Position numbers and translations under genes: made by a program. The notes beneath the pieces are model-generated. The model did no database searches, had not been told where the DNA came from, and saw only the letters and a program-made list of their open reading frames with translations. From an uncultured Woeseiaceae bacterium (lineage in GTDB: Bacteria; Pseudomonadota; Gammaproteobacteria; Steroidobacterales; Woeseiaceae): a DNA stretch of 64,000 nucleotides. Location of the stretch: positions 8,300-72,299 of the forward strand of contig CABXJW010000001.1 of assembly GCA_902512585.1 (NCBI GenBank), read 5' to 3'. Shown here one piece after another: positions 1 to 8,354 of this stretch. Numbering within the stretch: position 1 is the stretch's first letter; every line of letters starts with the position of its first letter.

Positions 1-126
1 ATCACTGTTGAATCAATCAAAGAAACAAAAGAATACTCAGATGGAGTAAAAAACAAAGAAGCATTAGTCAAAAAGGTAGACGCTCAATATTCAGGATTAA
101 TCAATACTCCCGCAGGAACTGCTTAA
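1..126 (+). CDS. 3' end of an unidentified CDS (5' part lies outside the window)
   Basis: Frame 1 is open from base 1 to TAA at 124-126 (...KEALVKKVDAQYSGLINTPAGTA*). No motif recognised. Convergent with the next gene, 10 nt away. Confidence 0.3.
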   Translation: MTVESIKETKEYSDGVKNKEALVKKVDAQYSGLINTPAGTA

Positions 127-136
127 TTAAAAACTA

Positions 137-544
137 TCACTCTTCCTCTCTTTTTACTGCTTGTTCTTCTCGGATTTTTTCGTATTTTTTGTTTCTTGCT
201 TCCTCTTTCTCGTCCAGAAGTCTTTTTGTTTCTTCTCGAGCTCCTTTTGTCAGCCCCTCAGCAGAAAATCCTCCAGTCTCATCAAACGCATCCTTAATAT
301 CTCTTAATTCTTCTTTAAACTCAGCTGCTGACGTCTTCACTTCATCTTTAAAATTTTCTTTTGCTTCTGCTATTTTTACTTTTTCTTCTCTTAATTCTTC
401 TTTCATCTCAGCTGCTGACGTCTTCAAATTTTCTTTTGCTTCTGCTATTTTTACTTTTTCTTCTGCTTTTACTTTTTCAAAATTTTCTTTTGCTTCTGCC
501 ATATTTTCTTTTGCATTTTTTAATATTTTCTTGAATATACCCAT
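137..544 (-). CDS. Small, highly charged Lys/Glu-rich protein with internal tandem repeats (predicted amphipathic helices; function unknown)
   Basis: 135-aa ORF with an ATG start and AAGGA about 9 nt upstream. About half the residues are K/E/A. Repeats EKVKIAEAKEN(L/F)K..TSAAE(M/F)KEELR(E/D). The 125-aa plus-strand ORF is an S/F-rich shadow of it. Confidence 0.6.
   Translation of the reverse strand: MGIFKKILKNAKENMAEAKENFEKVKAEEKVKIAEAKENLKTSAAEMKEELREEKVKIAEAKENFKDEVKTSAAEFKEELRDIKDAFDETGGFSAEGLTKGAREETKRLLDEKEEARNKKYEKIREEQAVKREEE
301..500 (-). repeat. In-frame tandem DNA repeat (units of 87 nt and 75 nt plus a partial third copy) inside the K/E-rich gene
   Basis: ctcttaattcttcttt...cagctgctgacgtcttca...aattttcttttgcttctgctatttttactttttcttct occurs at 301-387 and again at 388-464 with a 12-nt indel. 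A partial copy (aattttcttttgcttctgc) lies at 481-499. Confidence 0.8.
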
Positions 545-591
545 AATTTTAATCCTTATTTATTAAAACAAAGAAATTATTTAAATTTTCG

Positions 592-1050
592 TTATTTTAT
601 TATAACCATAGAAAGCCACTCAGAAACAATAGCTGGCTTTTCTTCACCTTCGATTTCAACCGTGACCTCAGATTTTATCAGCCATTGCCCTGAGTTTTTC
701 TCTGTGCAGGATAACGGCTTTGATCGTGCACGAATTCTGCTGTTTACCTTAACTGGCATTACAAAGCGAACTTTATCAAATCCATAATTGATTCCCATGA
801 CTGTTCCCTCAGGAATCAAGCGACAATTTTCAGTTAGATAAGTCAGCATGGATAGTGTAAGAAAACCATGTGCAATGGTTGAGCCAAATGGTGTTTTTTT
901 GGCTTGATCTTCATTGATATGAATAAACTGATGATCTTTTGTGACATCGGCAAATTTGTTTATTTGTTCTTGGTCCACCAAAAACCAATCAGAGCAACCA
1001 ATCTCTTTACCTATGTAGTCATTTAGTTTTTCTTTTGGAACTAGCTTCAT
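592..1050 (-). CDS. MaoC-like (R)-specific enoyl-CoA hydratase, hot-dog fold
   Basis: 152 aa. The DHQFIHINEDQAKKTPFGSTIAHG motif is typical of MaoC/hydratase-2 domains. AAGGA RBS upstream of the ATG. Confidence 0.85.
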   Translation of the reverse strand: MKLVPKEKLNDYIGKEIGCSDWFLVDQEQINKFADVTKDHQFIHINEDQAKKTPFGSTIAHGFLTLSMLTYLTENCRLIPEGTVMGINYGFDKVRFVMPVKVNSRIRARSKPLSCTEKNSGQWLIKSEVTVEIEGEEKPAIVSEWLSMVIIK

Positions 1051-1073
1051 TGGTTTTTCCTTTTTTAGAAAAT

Positions 1074-2051
1074 TTAATTCATTGTGAGTATTACTTTTCC
1101 TTTTGCTCGTCTCTCAGTGATCACTTCAAAAGCTTCTTTATACTGATCAATAGTAAACTCTTCGGTGACTCTTGGTGTTATATCCCCAGAAGCAATCATG
1201 GCCCCAAGTTCTTTGATATTTTGTATGTGTTTATGAGGATTTTTGGCTGCCCAAGTTCCCCACCACACCCCAATTGCACTTGCCTCTTTTAATAAGAGTA
1301 TATTTGCTGCAAATTTGGGGATATCACCAGATGCAAATCCAATGACAAGATAACGTCCATGCCACGCAGTTGCTCTAAGTGCGGCATCAGTCAATTCACC
1401 GCCCACAGGATCGTATACCACATCCACGCCTTTACCGTTTGTTAATTCTTTGACCGCTTCCTTTAATGAAGATTTTGTATAATTAACTGTCTCATCTGCA
1501 CCGACATCTTTTGCAAATTCTAATTTTTCATTGCTGCTTGCGGCAGCAATAACTCTTGCGCCCATGGCTTTTGCTATTTCGATGGCAGTGACACCAACAC
1601 CACCCGCTGCGCCCAGAACTAAAATTGTTTCTCCTTCTTTGAGCTCTGCAGATTGTTTGAGTGCATGATAACTGGTGCCATAGGTCACCATGAATCCTGC
1701 ACCTTGAGAAAAATTCAACGCAGGGAATAATGGTATGGTCGTGTTCTCATCGGAAATGCATTTATCTGCAAAAGCACCACCTTTGCTCATTGTTATGACT
1801 TTATCGCCTGGTTTGAATCTTTCTACTCCTTCACCCACTGCTTTAATAATTCCAGATGCTTCATTACCAGGAATAAATGGCGGTTCAGTCTTAACTTGGT
1901 ATTTCCCCTCAATAGACAATACGTCTGGGAAATTTATTCCCGCAGCTTTAACTTTGATTAATATCTGCCCTTTTGAAGGTTTAGGATCATCCAGCTCATC
2001 TAGAATGAGCTCACTGGGTGGTCCATATTGTTTACATACGAGGGCCCTCAT
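1074..2051 (-). CDS. NADPH:quinone oxidoreductase / zinc-independent MDR-family reductase
   Basis: 325 aa. Has the GroES-like N-terminus (ILIKVKAAGINFPD), the LVLGAAGGVGVTAIEIAK Rossmann motif and a quinone-oxidoreductase-like overall pattern. Confidence 0.85.
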   Translation of the reverse strand: MRALVCKQYGPPSELILDELDDPKPSKGQILIKVKAAGINFPDVLSIEGKYQVKTEPPFIPGNEASGIIKAVGEGVERFKPGDKVITMSKGGAFADKCISDENTTIPLFPALNFSQGAGFMVTYGTSYHALKQSAELKEGETILVLGAAGGVGVTAIEIAKAMGARVIAAASSNEKLEFAKDVGADETVNYTKSSLKEAVKELTNGKGVDVVYDPVGGELTDAALRATAWHGRYLVIGFASGDIPKFAANILLLKEASAIGVWWGTWAAKNPHKHIQNIKELGAMIASGDITPRVTEEFTIDQYKEAFEVITERRAKGKVILTMN

Positions 2052-2077
2052 CTAGAAAATTTCCCTATAGCAAGAAC

Positions 2078-3262
2078 TCATGAGGCAACTTCGAATAATG
2101 AAGCAGCACCTTGGCCACCTCCAATACACATTGTACAGACCACATACTTGGCACCTCGCCGCTTGCCTTCTATTAGAGCATGACCAACCATTCTTGCCCC
2201 GGACATTCCATAGGGATGACCAATGGAAATAGCGCCTCCATTTACATTTAATTTTTCATTTGGGATTCCCAATCTATCGCGACAATATATTACCTGAACA
2301 GCAAATGCCTCATTGAGCTCCCAAAGATCAATATCATCCATTGTTAAACCAGTTTTTTCTAATAATTTTGGTACTGCAAATACTGGACCAATACCCATCT
2401 CATCAGGATTACATCCCACTACTGCAGTGGCACGATAATATCCCAATGGTTCAATTCCCCTTTGTTTTGCTACTTCTGCCGCCATCACTACGGATGCAGA
2501 TGCACCATCAGATAGTTGACTGGCATTACCAGCAGTAATGAAACCACCTTCTCTAACTGTCTTTAACCCCTCTAAACCTTCAAGGCTTGTCTCTGGACGA
2601 TTCCCTTCATCCTTATTTAGCGTCACCTCTTTGAAGCTTATTTTTCCCGTATCGCGATCCATTAAACCCATGTTAGATGATAATGGTGCAATTTCTGCAT
2701 CATACTTACCAGCAGTTTGCGCTAATGCCGTTCTTTGTTGACTTTGCAAAGCATAAGCATCTTGACTTTGTCTGCTAATATTATAGCGCTTAGCTACCAC
2801 TTCAGCTGTATCTAACATAAGCATATAAATATGCTTATGTTTAGCGGTAAGGTTTTTATCAACCACCCTGTGCGTATTCGCGTGTTCATTCTGAACCAGG
2901 CTGATTGACTCCAAACCGCCAGCAACCATAATGTCATGTTCGCCTGTCATTATAGATTTTGATGCAGTCGCTATGGCCATCATGCCAGAAGAACATTGGC
3001 GATCTATGGTCATTCCTGCTGTGGTAATTGGTAGATCTCCAGATAAAGCGCATAATCTTGCTATATTCTGACTTTGCGTACCTTGTGGCATGCCACAGCC
3101 CATAATTACATCCTCAACAGATTCAGGATCAATATTAGCTCTGGCGACCGCATGCTGAATAGCATGCCCACCCATAGTTGGGGCGTCAGTATTATTATAA
3201 GCACCGCGATAGGCTCTCCCTATGGGTGTTCTAGCAGTCGATACAATTACCGCTTCACGCAT
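2078..3262 (-). CDS. Acetyl-CoA C-acyltransferase (thiolase)
   Basis: 394 aa. [21 protein letters not shown]-terminus, active-site [13 protein letters not shown], and C-terminal CIGGGQGAA thiolase signature. Confidence 0.9.
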   Translation of the reverse strand: MREAVIVSTARTPIGRAYRGAYNNTDAPTMGGHAIQHAVARANIDPESVEDVIMGCGMPQGTQSQNIARLCALSGDLPITTAGMTIDRQCSSGMMAIATASKSIMTGEHDIMVAGGLESISLVQNEHANTHRVVDKNLTAKHKHIYMLMLDTAEVVAKRYNISRQSQDAYALQSQQRTALAQTAGKYDAEIAPLSSNMGLMDRDTGKISFKEVTLNKDEGNRPETSLEGLEGLKTVREGGFITAGNASQLSDGASASVVMAAEVAKQRGIEPLGYYRATAVVGCNPDEMGIGPVFAVPKLLEKTGLTMDDIDLWELNEAFAVQVIYCRDRLGIPNEKLNVNGGAISIGHPYGMSGARMVGHALIEGKRRGAKYVVCTMCIGGGQGAASLFEVAS

Positions 3263-3277
3263 GACTTTTCCTCATAT

Positions 3278-4201
3278 TTAGTTTCTCAATTTTTTGTTTA
3301 AATTTAATCCTAAATTCTTAGCGCCTTGAATAGCAAATTTTTCAGTTTGCCTTGCTCCATTCTGAGTTTCTTCCATTCTTTCTTCATTAATTATAGATTG
3401 CCAATGTTCTGCCACCCCTTCTGCTGATAAATTTTCTGGTAGAAGGTTTATTCCTTCAGTTTCAAAGCCTTTATAAACATCAAAACTACCACCACCAGCC
3501 CCCAAAATAACTCTACTTGGTGCATCCTTACTGCATAAAAAAACCACTCCAGGACTTACCGCCTCAGGTGATAATAAATCAAAAACAGGTTCCGGAAATA
3601 AACCCTTTGTCATCTCCGTTCCTGCCGCGGGCGCAAGACAATTAATATTTATATTATACTTCATTCCTTCTAGATGTAGGGTGTTCATCATTCCAACCAT
3701 TGCCATCTTTGCTGCGCCATAATTTGTTTGGCCAAAGTTTCCATAAAGTCCTGAACTAGATGAGGTTAAGACAATCCTGCCATATGCTTGTTCCCGCATT
3801 ATTTCCCATACTGCTTTAGCACAATACATTGAACCCATTAGATGGACATCTATTACTAAACGCATATCTTCAGGGGTCATTTTTAAAAAAGTTTTATCTC
3901 TTAATATCCCAGCATTATTGACTAAAATATCTATTCTTCCCCATTTATCCATAGCCTGCGAAATCATATTTTGCACTTGATCAAAATTTGAAACATCAGC
4001 ACCATTAGCGCATGCATCACCACCTTGCTTGATAATATGATCTACCACTGATTGAGCATTTTCTGATACACCCTCACCTTCAGCTAAATCATTAACAATT
4101 ACCTTGGCGCCTCTCTCAGCAAGCGCTAGCGCATGAGCCCTTCCTAAACCTCTTCCTGCACCTGTAACTATAGCAACCTGACCATCTAAACTAATTTTCA
4201 T
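3278..4201 (-). CDS. Short-chain dehydrogenase resembling the (3R)-hydroxyacyl-CoA dehydrogenase domain of multifunctional enzyme type 2
   Basis: VAIVTGAGRGLGRAHALALAERGAKVIVNDL, NNAGILRD and SSSSGLYGNFGQTNYGAAK closely follow the HSD17B4/MFE-2 dehydrogenase pattern. I start at the internal ATG 4201 (MKISLDGQ), which has a GGGAA RBS; the ORF-track start 4249 adds 16 unlikely residues. Confidence 0.85.
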   Translation of the reverse strand: MKISLDGQVAIVTGAGRGLGRAHALALAERGAKVIVNDLAEGEGVSENAQSVVDHIIKQGGDACANGADVSNFDQVQNMISQAMDKWGRIDILVNNAGILRDKTFLKMTPEDMRLVIDVHLMGSMYCAKAVWEIMREQAYGRIVLTSSSSGLYGNFGQTNYGAAKMAMVGMMNTLHLEGMKYNININCLAPAAGTEMTKGLFPEPVFDLLSPEAVSPGVVFLCSKDAPSRVILGAGGGSFDVYKGFETEGINLLPENLSAEGVAEHWQSIINEERMEETQNGARQTEKFAIQGAKNLGLNLNKKLRN

Positions 4202-4294
4202 CTCAATTCCCTTCATTAAAAAAACATTATTTTGATAACCTATTATCAACTTGCAGCGATATAAAAATCTTTATACTGTCAGATTTTTCTTATT

Positions 4295-6316
4295 TTATTT
4301 TTGCCTTCTTCTCTTCTTCTTTCTAGCTTTAGATTCTGCTCCTACTTGTTTGCGCGCTGGTAATTTAAATACGGTAGCTAAATTAGAAAAATCATCTAAC
4401 AAATGAGGTATTGCCATTGCTGCAACAAATTCATCTTGAAAAGATTCCTCCACTGCTGTTTCAATTTTCTCTATCAATCGAACTTCATTTTCTAACTTAT
4501 TCCTACTTTTTTTATCTAGAAGCGTGATTCTTGCTCCAGTTCCTGCAGCATTTCCTGCTGAAGATATCTGGCTAATCTTACAATCAGGTAATAAGCCAAG
4601 AGCTATGGCATATTTTACATCTATATGTGCACCAAATGCGCCTGCTAAACGAATACGATCAACTTTTTTAATATTCAAATGAGTCATCAATAACTTTATT
4701 CCAGCATATAGTGCAGCTTTAGCTAGCTGAATTGCTCTAATATCATTTTGCGTGATTTTTATGTCTTGCTCGCCATAATGGAGAATATATGAAAAAGTTC
4801 GGCCATCTTTAACTATTCTTTCCGATCTTAAAGCAGCTTCTTCTGTAATTTTTCCATCCTGATCCACAATACCACTTATGAAAAGTTCAGCGACGATCTC
4901 TATAATTCCTGAACCACAAATTCCAGTAATGCCACCCTTAGGAAGATTGGCCTCAAAAGCTTCCTCATTTGACCAAAAATCACATCCAATTATCTTAAAT
5001 TTAGGCTCAAGAGAATTGGGATTAATTCGGGCACGTTCGATTGCTCCTGGGGCTGCTCGTTGACCAGAGCTAATTTGGGCCCCCTCGAAAGCTGGGCCTG
5101 TAGGGCTTGAAGCGGCTAATAATCTATCTTTATTACCTAAAATAATTTCGGCATTGGTGCCAATATCTACTATCAATGAAATTTCATTTTTATTGTATGG
5201 CTCTTCAGCAAGGACAACAGCAGCTGCATCCGCACCTACATGACCAGCCACACAAGGCAAAACATAAAGATAACATCCTGGATTTACATCAATATTTAGA
5301 TCTACTGCTTTAATGGTGGTACTGGTATCAGTTGCCAACGCGAAAGGAGCTGCGCCCAATTCTATGGGATTAATACCGAGAACTAAATGATGCATAATTG
5401 GATTACCTACCAAGGTAATCTCACATATATCAGTCTTTTCTATATTATTTTCACTGACAATATTTGAAATTATTTCATTAATTGCTTCTCTGACAACCTC
5501 AATTAAATCTCTCTCGCCCCCGTCATTCATCATGATATAGGAAACTCGACTCATTAGATCTTCGCCAAAACGAATCTGTGGATTCATCTTTCCAGAACTA
5601 CCAATTACCTCGCCTGAACTTAGATCACACAAATGAGCAGCGATGGTGGTTGATCCGACATCAATGGCTACACCGTACAAAGTCTCTTTAAATCCCGACC
5701 AAATAGATATAATTTCATTATTATTTCGAACTGCAACTGTAATTTCCCAGTTACCTTTACGCAATATCTTTTGCAAAGATTTAATCACATTTACAGAGCA
5801 TAGTAAGTTATTCAAATTCCACTGAATACTGAGAGCTTCGAGCAAGCGAGATAAATCACCAGTTCCTATATGCATATCAGGTTCATCTACTTTTACATAA
5901 TAAGCCTTAACAACTGGGTCTATATCTATATCATGAGCTTCATTTTTCTTTCTAATAACCTGTTGATGAACCTGAGAATCGGCAGGTACATCGATTACCA
6001 CATCAGAAAGAAGCAATGCTTGACAACTCAATCGACGGCCATCAACTAGATTTCTTCTTTCTCCAAATTTACTCTCTGCCTCATTAAATTTAGATACGGA
6101 CTTCAATGTTGATTGAATATTATGCTTTGAAAATTCACCTTCACTAACTTCAATTTGACAGCGCCCACATAGCGCTCTCCCTCCACACACCGAGTCAAGA
6201 TCAACACCAAGTTGTCTGGCAGCATCTAACAGAGAAGTTCCTTGATCAAAAACTCCTCTTTTCCCTGAAGGTGTAAAAACAACCTTACATTGATTAGCTA
6301 TATTAGTTGAGGGCAT
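4295..6316 (-). CDS. [2Fe-2S] ferredoxin fused to an ASKHA-fold domain: RACo-like reductive activase of corrinoid proteins (DUF4445 type)
   Basis: 673 aa. N-terminal plant-type ferredoxin cysteines (SVCGGRALCGRCQ...RLSCQA). Central GVAIDVGSTTIAAHLCDL...NPQIRFGEDLMSRVSY and IVDIGTNAEI ATPase motifs. Unusual polybasic C-terminus KARKKKRRRQK. Confidence 0.8.
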   Translation of the reverse strand: MPSTNIANQCKVVFTPSGKRGVFDQGTSLLDAARQLGVDLDSVCGGRALCGRCQIEVSEGEFSKHNIQSTLKSVSKFNEAESKFGERRNLVDGRRLSCQALLLSDVVIDVPADSQVHQQVIRKKNEAHDIDIDPVVKAYYVKVDEPDMHIGTGDLSRLLEALSIQWNLNNLLCSVNVIKSLQKILRKGNWEITVAVRNNNEIISIWSGFKETLYGVAIDVGSTTIAAHLCDLSSGEVIGSSGKMNPQIRFGEDLMSRVSYIMMNDGGERDLIEVVREAINEIISNIVSENNIEKTDICEITLVGNPIMHHLVLGINPIELGAAPFALATDTSTTIKAVDLNIDVNPGCYLYVLPCVAGHVGADAAAVVLAEEPYNKNEISLIVDIGTNAEIILGNKDRLLAASSPTGPAFEGAQISSGQRAAPGAIERARINPNSLEPKFKIIGCDFWSNEEAFEANLPKGGITGICGSGIIEIVAELFISGIVDQDGKITEEAALRSERIVKDGRTFSYILHYGEQDIKITQNDIRAIQLAKAALYAGIKLLMTHLNIKKVDRIRLAGAFGAHIDVKYAIALGLLPDCKISQISSAGNAAGTGARITLLDKKSRNKLENEVRLIEKIETAVEESFQDEFVAAMAIPHLLDDFSNLATVFKLPARKQVGAESKARKKKRRRQK

Positions 6317-6947
6317 TAGTATTCCATTGGATTATGTTTTCTTTAATGTCTTTTTCGAAAAAAGTAAGGCCTGTATACTCATACGAATAACCCAATCCTA
6401 AATATTTTGTAAGCAATCGAGTCATTTGTTGAAGCTTAGTTGAATGTGTCTGTGACAAATATACAAGCTTCTCATAATTTTTAAAATAATCTTTAATTAA
6501 TTCAGGATGACCAATTAAGTCCAATCCTTCTTTAACTAATCGATCAAAGTGACGTGTAAGAAAATCAGTCAAGCAAAAAGTACCAAGACAAGATCTTGAT
6601 GTTGTTAAAAAATTTTCACTTCCAGAAAAAAACTCATAACAATGCGCACCAGGTAACCTAGTTAAACCATATTTCTCAAGAATCATATCCAATAATCCGC
6701 CAGTCCCACAATCAGCATAGGCAATGAATATATTTTTATATTTCAGTATAGCGGTCTCTACAGCAATAGGTATTTCATCAGGACGATCATGCAATTTCGC
6801 GGGAAGGCATTGTATATTCATATATCGCCATTTATTCAACTGCTTTAGAAATTGCAATTCTCTGGCTATTGCACCACAAGCTATGACTAGAGATGGCTCA
6901 ATTTCTAAACTCATTTGTTTTTGTTTTATGTCGTTATTTTTATCCAT
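6303..6947 (-). CDS. DUF1638-family protein (usual companion of corrinoid methyltransferase/activase genes)
   Basis: LVIACGAIAREL...LHDRPDEIP...IFIAYADCGTGG...RLPGAHCYEFF matches my memory of the DUF1638 pattern. It overlaps the activase gene by 14 nt. The start is ambiguous: ATG at 6947 (chosen) or TTG at 6968. Confidence 0.65.
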   Translation of the reverse strand: MDKNNDIKQKQMSLEIEPSLVIACGAIARELQFLKQLNKWRYMNIQCLPAKLHDRPDEIPIAVETAILKYKNIFIAYADCGTGGLLDMILEKYGLTRLPGAHCYEFFSGSENFLTTSRSCLGTFCLTDFLTRHFDRLVKEGLDLIGHPELIKDYFKNYEKLVYLSQTHSTKLQQMTRLLTKYLGLGYSYEYTGLTFFEKDIKENIIQWNTNALN

Positions 6948-7055
6948 GATTCCATATTGCGATATCAAATTTTGCTTAGAAATGGTTATTAATATAGTTT
7001 ATTAAACAAACAAGAAAGTCTAAAGAAATTACACTACAAATTTTTACTCTTAAAA

Positions 7056-8354
7056 ATGATAATAAACAAATATAAAATATCAATAATTCTATTATTTTGT
7101 TCTCTTGCGGCCTGTGAAAAAAGTACAAAAGTGTCGGGTGTAGATAATAGCTTTTCATCTGCGTCATCGGTTCAGGAGGTAAAAGAACAATTCAAACGAC
7201 TGCCAGATGATGATATCTGGTGGACTACAAATGGGTCAGATATGGCCTGGAATTTTAAAAACCTTCATCGAATATTTCCAACTGTGAACGTATATCGTAA
7301 TGGTCCTGTTAAGGAATTAGCGCATAAACCTTCTCAAGAAATTTCATCTTACATAGTCAATACAAACTCAGGAGCAATGTCGTTCGATGACTATCTCAAA
7401 AGCGATGAATCCACTGCAATGGGGGTTGTCATTAGTCACAAAGGTGAAATCATTTTTGAATCTTACCCAAGAATGCAGGAATATGAGAAACCCATTTATT
7501 GGTCTGTCGCAAAAATTTTACCAGCAACATTGATCAGGATTTATGAAGAAAGAGGCTTAATTGATGTAAATCTGCCAGTTGAAACTTACATCAATGAATT
7601 AAGTGGCACTAGTTTGGCAGGAATCTCTGTAAGAAATATTTTAGATATGGCGACTGGTCTAGAGTGCTCTGATAATTATTACAATAAAGATAGTTGTTAC
7701 TATTTATATTCAATGTCAATCGGTGATGGATTTCGGACTAATGCAGCTGCCGACAATCCTTATGATTTTGTCAAAAATACTGCAATTAAACGAGAAATAG
7801 AAGCTGGTAAAAAATATTCATATTCTGGCCTGAATACCTTTATTCTCTCTTGGTTGGTTGAAGAATTAACAGATATGCCTTTTCAAGATGCACTAACACA
7901 AGAAATCTGGTTTCACATTGGAGCAGAGTCAGATGCGTCATTTTTAGCACCTAGAAATGGAATCGCCATGACTCACGGTGGCTTCATGGCTAAAATGCGA
8001 GATATGATCCGATTTGGGATACTTTTTACGCCTAGTTATAAAGTTGTGAGTGATAAGAAAATTATATCTGATTCACATATTGATCTAATTCTTAATGAAG
8101 GTAATCCGGAGTTACTACAAATTTTAAATAGACCTGGCTTTGAGGAAAGTGGAATAAAACATAACATCTATCAATGGGATCTTGTTTATGACAATGATGA
8201 TTTCTTTAAAGGTGGTTGGGCTGGTCAAGGCTTATTAATTAATCCAACTCGAGATGTAGTTGCTGTATTTACTGGCTACAAAAAGAATGAGGAACATCAT
8301 GCGATGGAAATGAGAGGTATTATAAGAGAGGTGCTCAATGGGGTATTTGATTAA
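7056..8354 (+). CDS. Lipoprotein serine hydrolase of the beta-lactamase / penicillin-binding-fold family
   Basis: 432 aa. Lipobox LFCSLAAC at the N-terminus, S-x-x-K motif (WSVAKIL), and a Y-S-x-like second motif (KYSYSGLN). Confidence 0.75.
   Translation: MIINKYKISIILLFCSLAACEKSTKVSGVDNSFSSASSVQEVKEQFKRLPDDDIWWTTNGSDMAWNFKNLHRIFPTVNVYRNGPVKELAHKPSQEISSYIVNTNSGAMSFDDYLKSDESTAMGVVISHKGEIIFESYPRMQEYEKPIYWSVAKILPATLIRIYEERGLIDVNLPVETYINELSGTSLAGISVRNILDMATGLECSDNYYNKDSCYYLYSMSIGDGFRTNAAADNPYDFVKNTAIKREIEAGKKYSYSGLNTFILSWLVEELTDMPFQDALTQEIWFHIGAESDASFLAPRNGIAMTHGGFMAKMRDMIRFGILFTPSYKVVSDKKIISDSHIDLILNEGNPELLQILNRPGFEESGIKHNIYQWDLVYDNDDFFKGGWAGQGLLINPTRDVVAVFTGYKKNEEHHAMEMRGIIREVLNGVFD

Noticed and set aside
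189-566. 125-aa plus-strand ORF (S/F-rich) overlapping the K/E-rich gene
   Set aside because: It is the antisense shadow of a low-complexity repeat: GAA/AAA codons read as TTC/TTT. It has no RBS, and the minus-strand ORF has an ATG with an AAGGA RBS.
137-4201. Reading the K/E-rich protein plus thiolase, SDR and MaoC as a PHA (phasin, PhaA, PhaB, PhaJ) locus
   Set aside because: No PHA synthase is present. The SDR is MFE-2-like rather than PhaB-like, and the repeat protein is far more charged than known phasins. I kept this only as a remark within the relevant finding.
6969-7055. Inverted repeat TTAATA-N5-TATTAA in the divergent spacer between the DUF1638 gene and the hydrolase gene, considered as a possible operator. 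Also the 63-aa ORF at 6976-7167
   Set aside because: A 6-bp A/T-only palindrome is expected by chance in an AT-rich spacer. The 63-aa ORF overlaps the hydrolase start on the opposite strand, is hydrophobic and low-complexity, and has no RBS.
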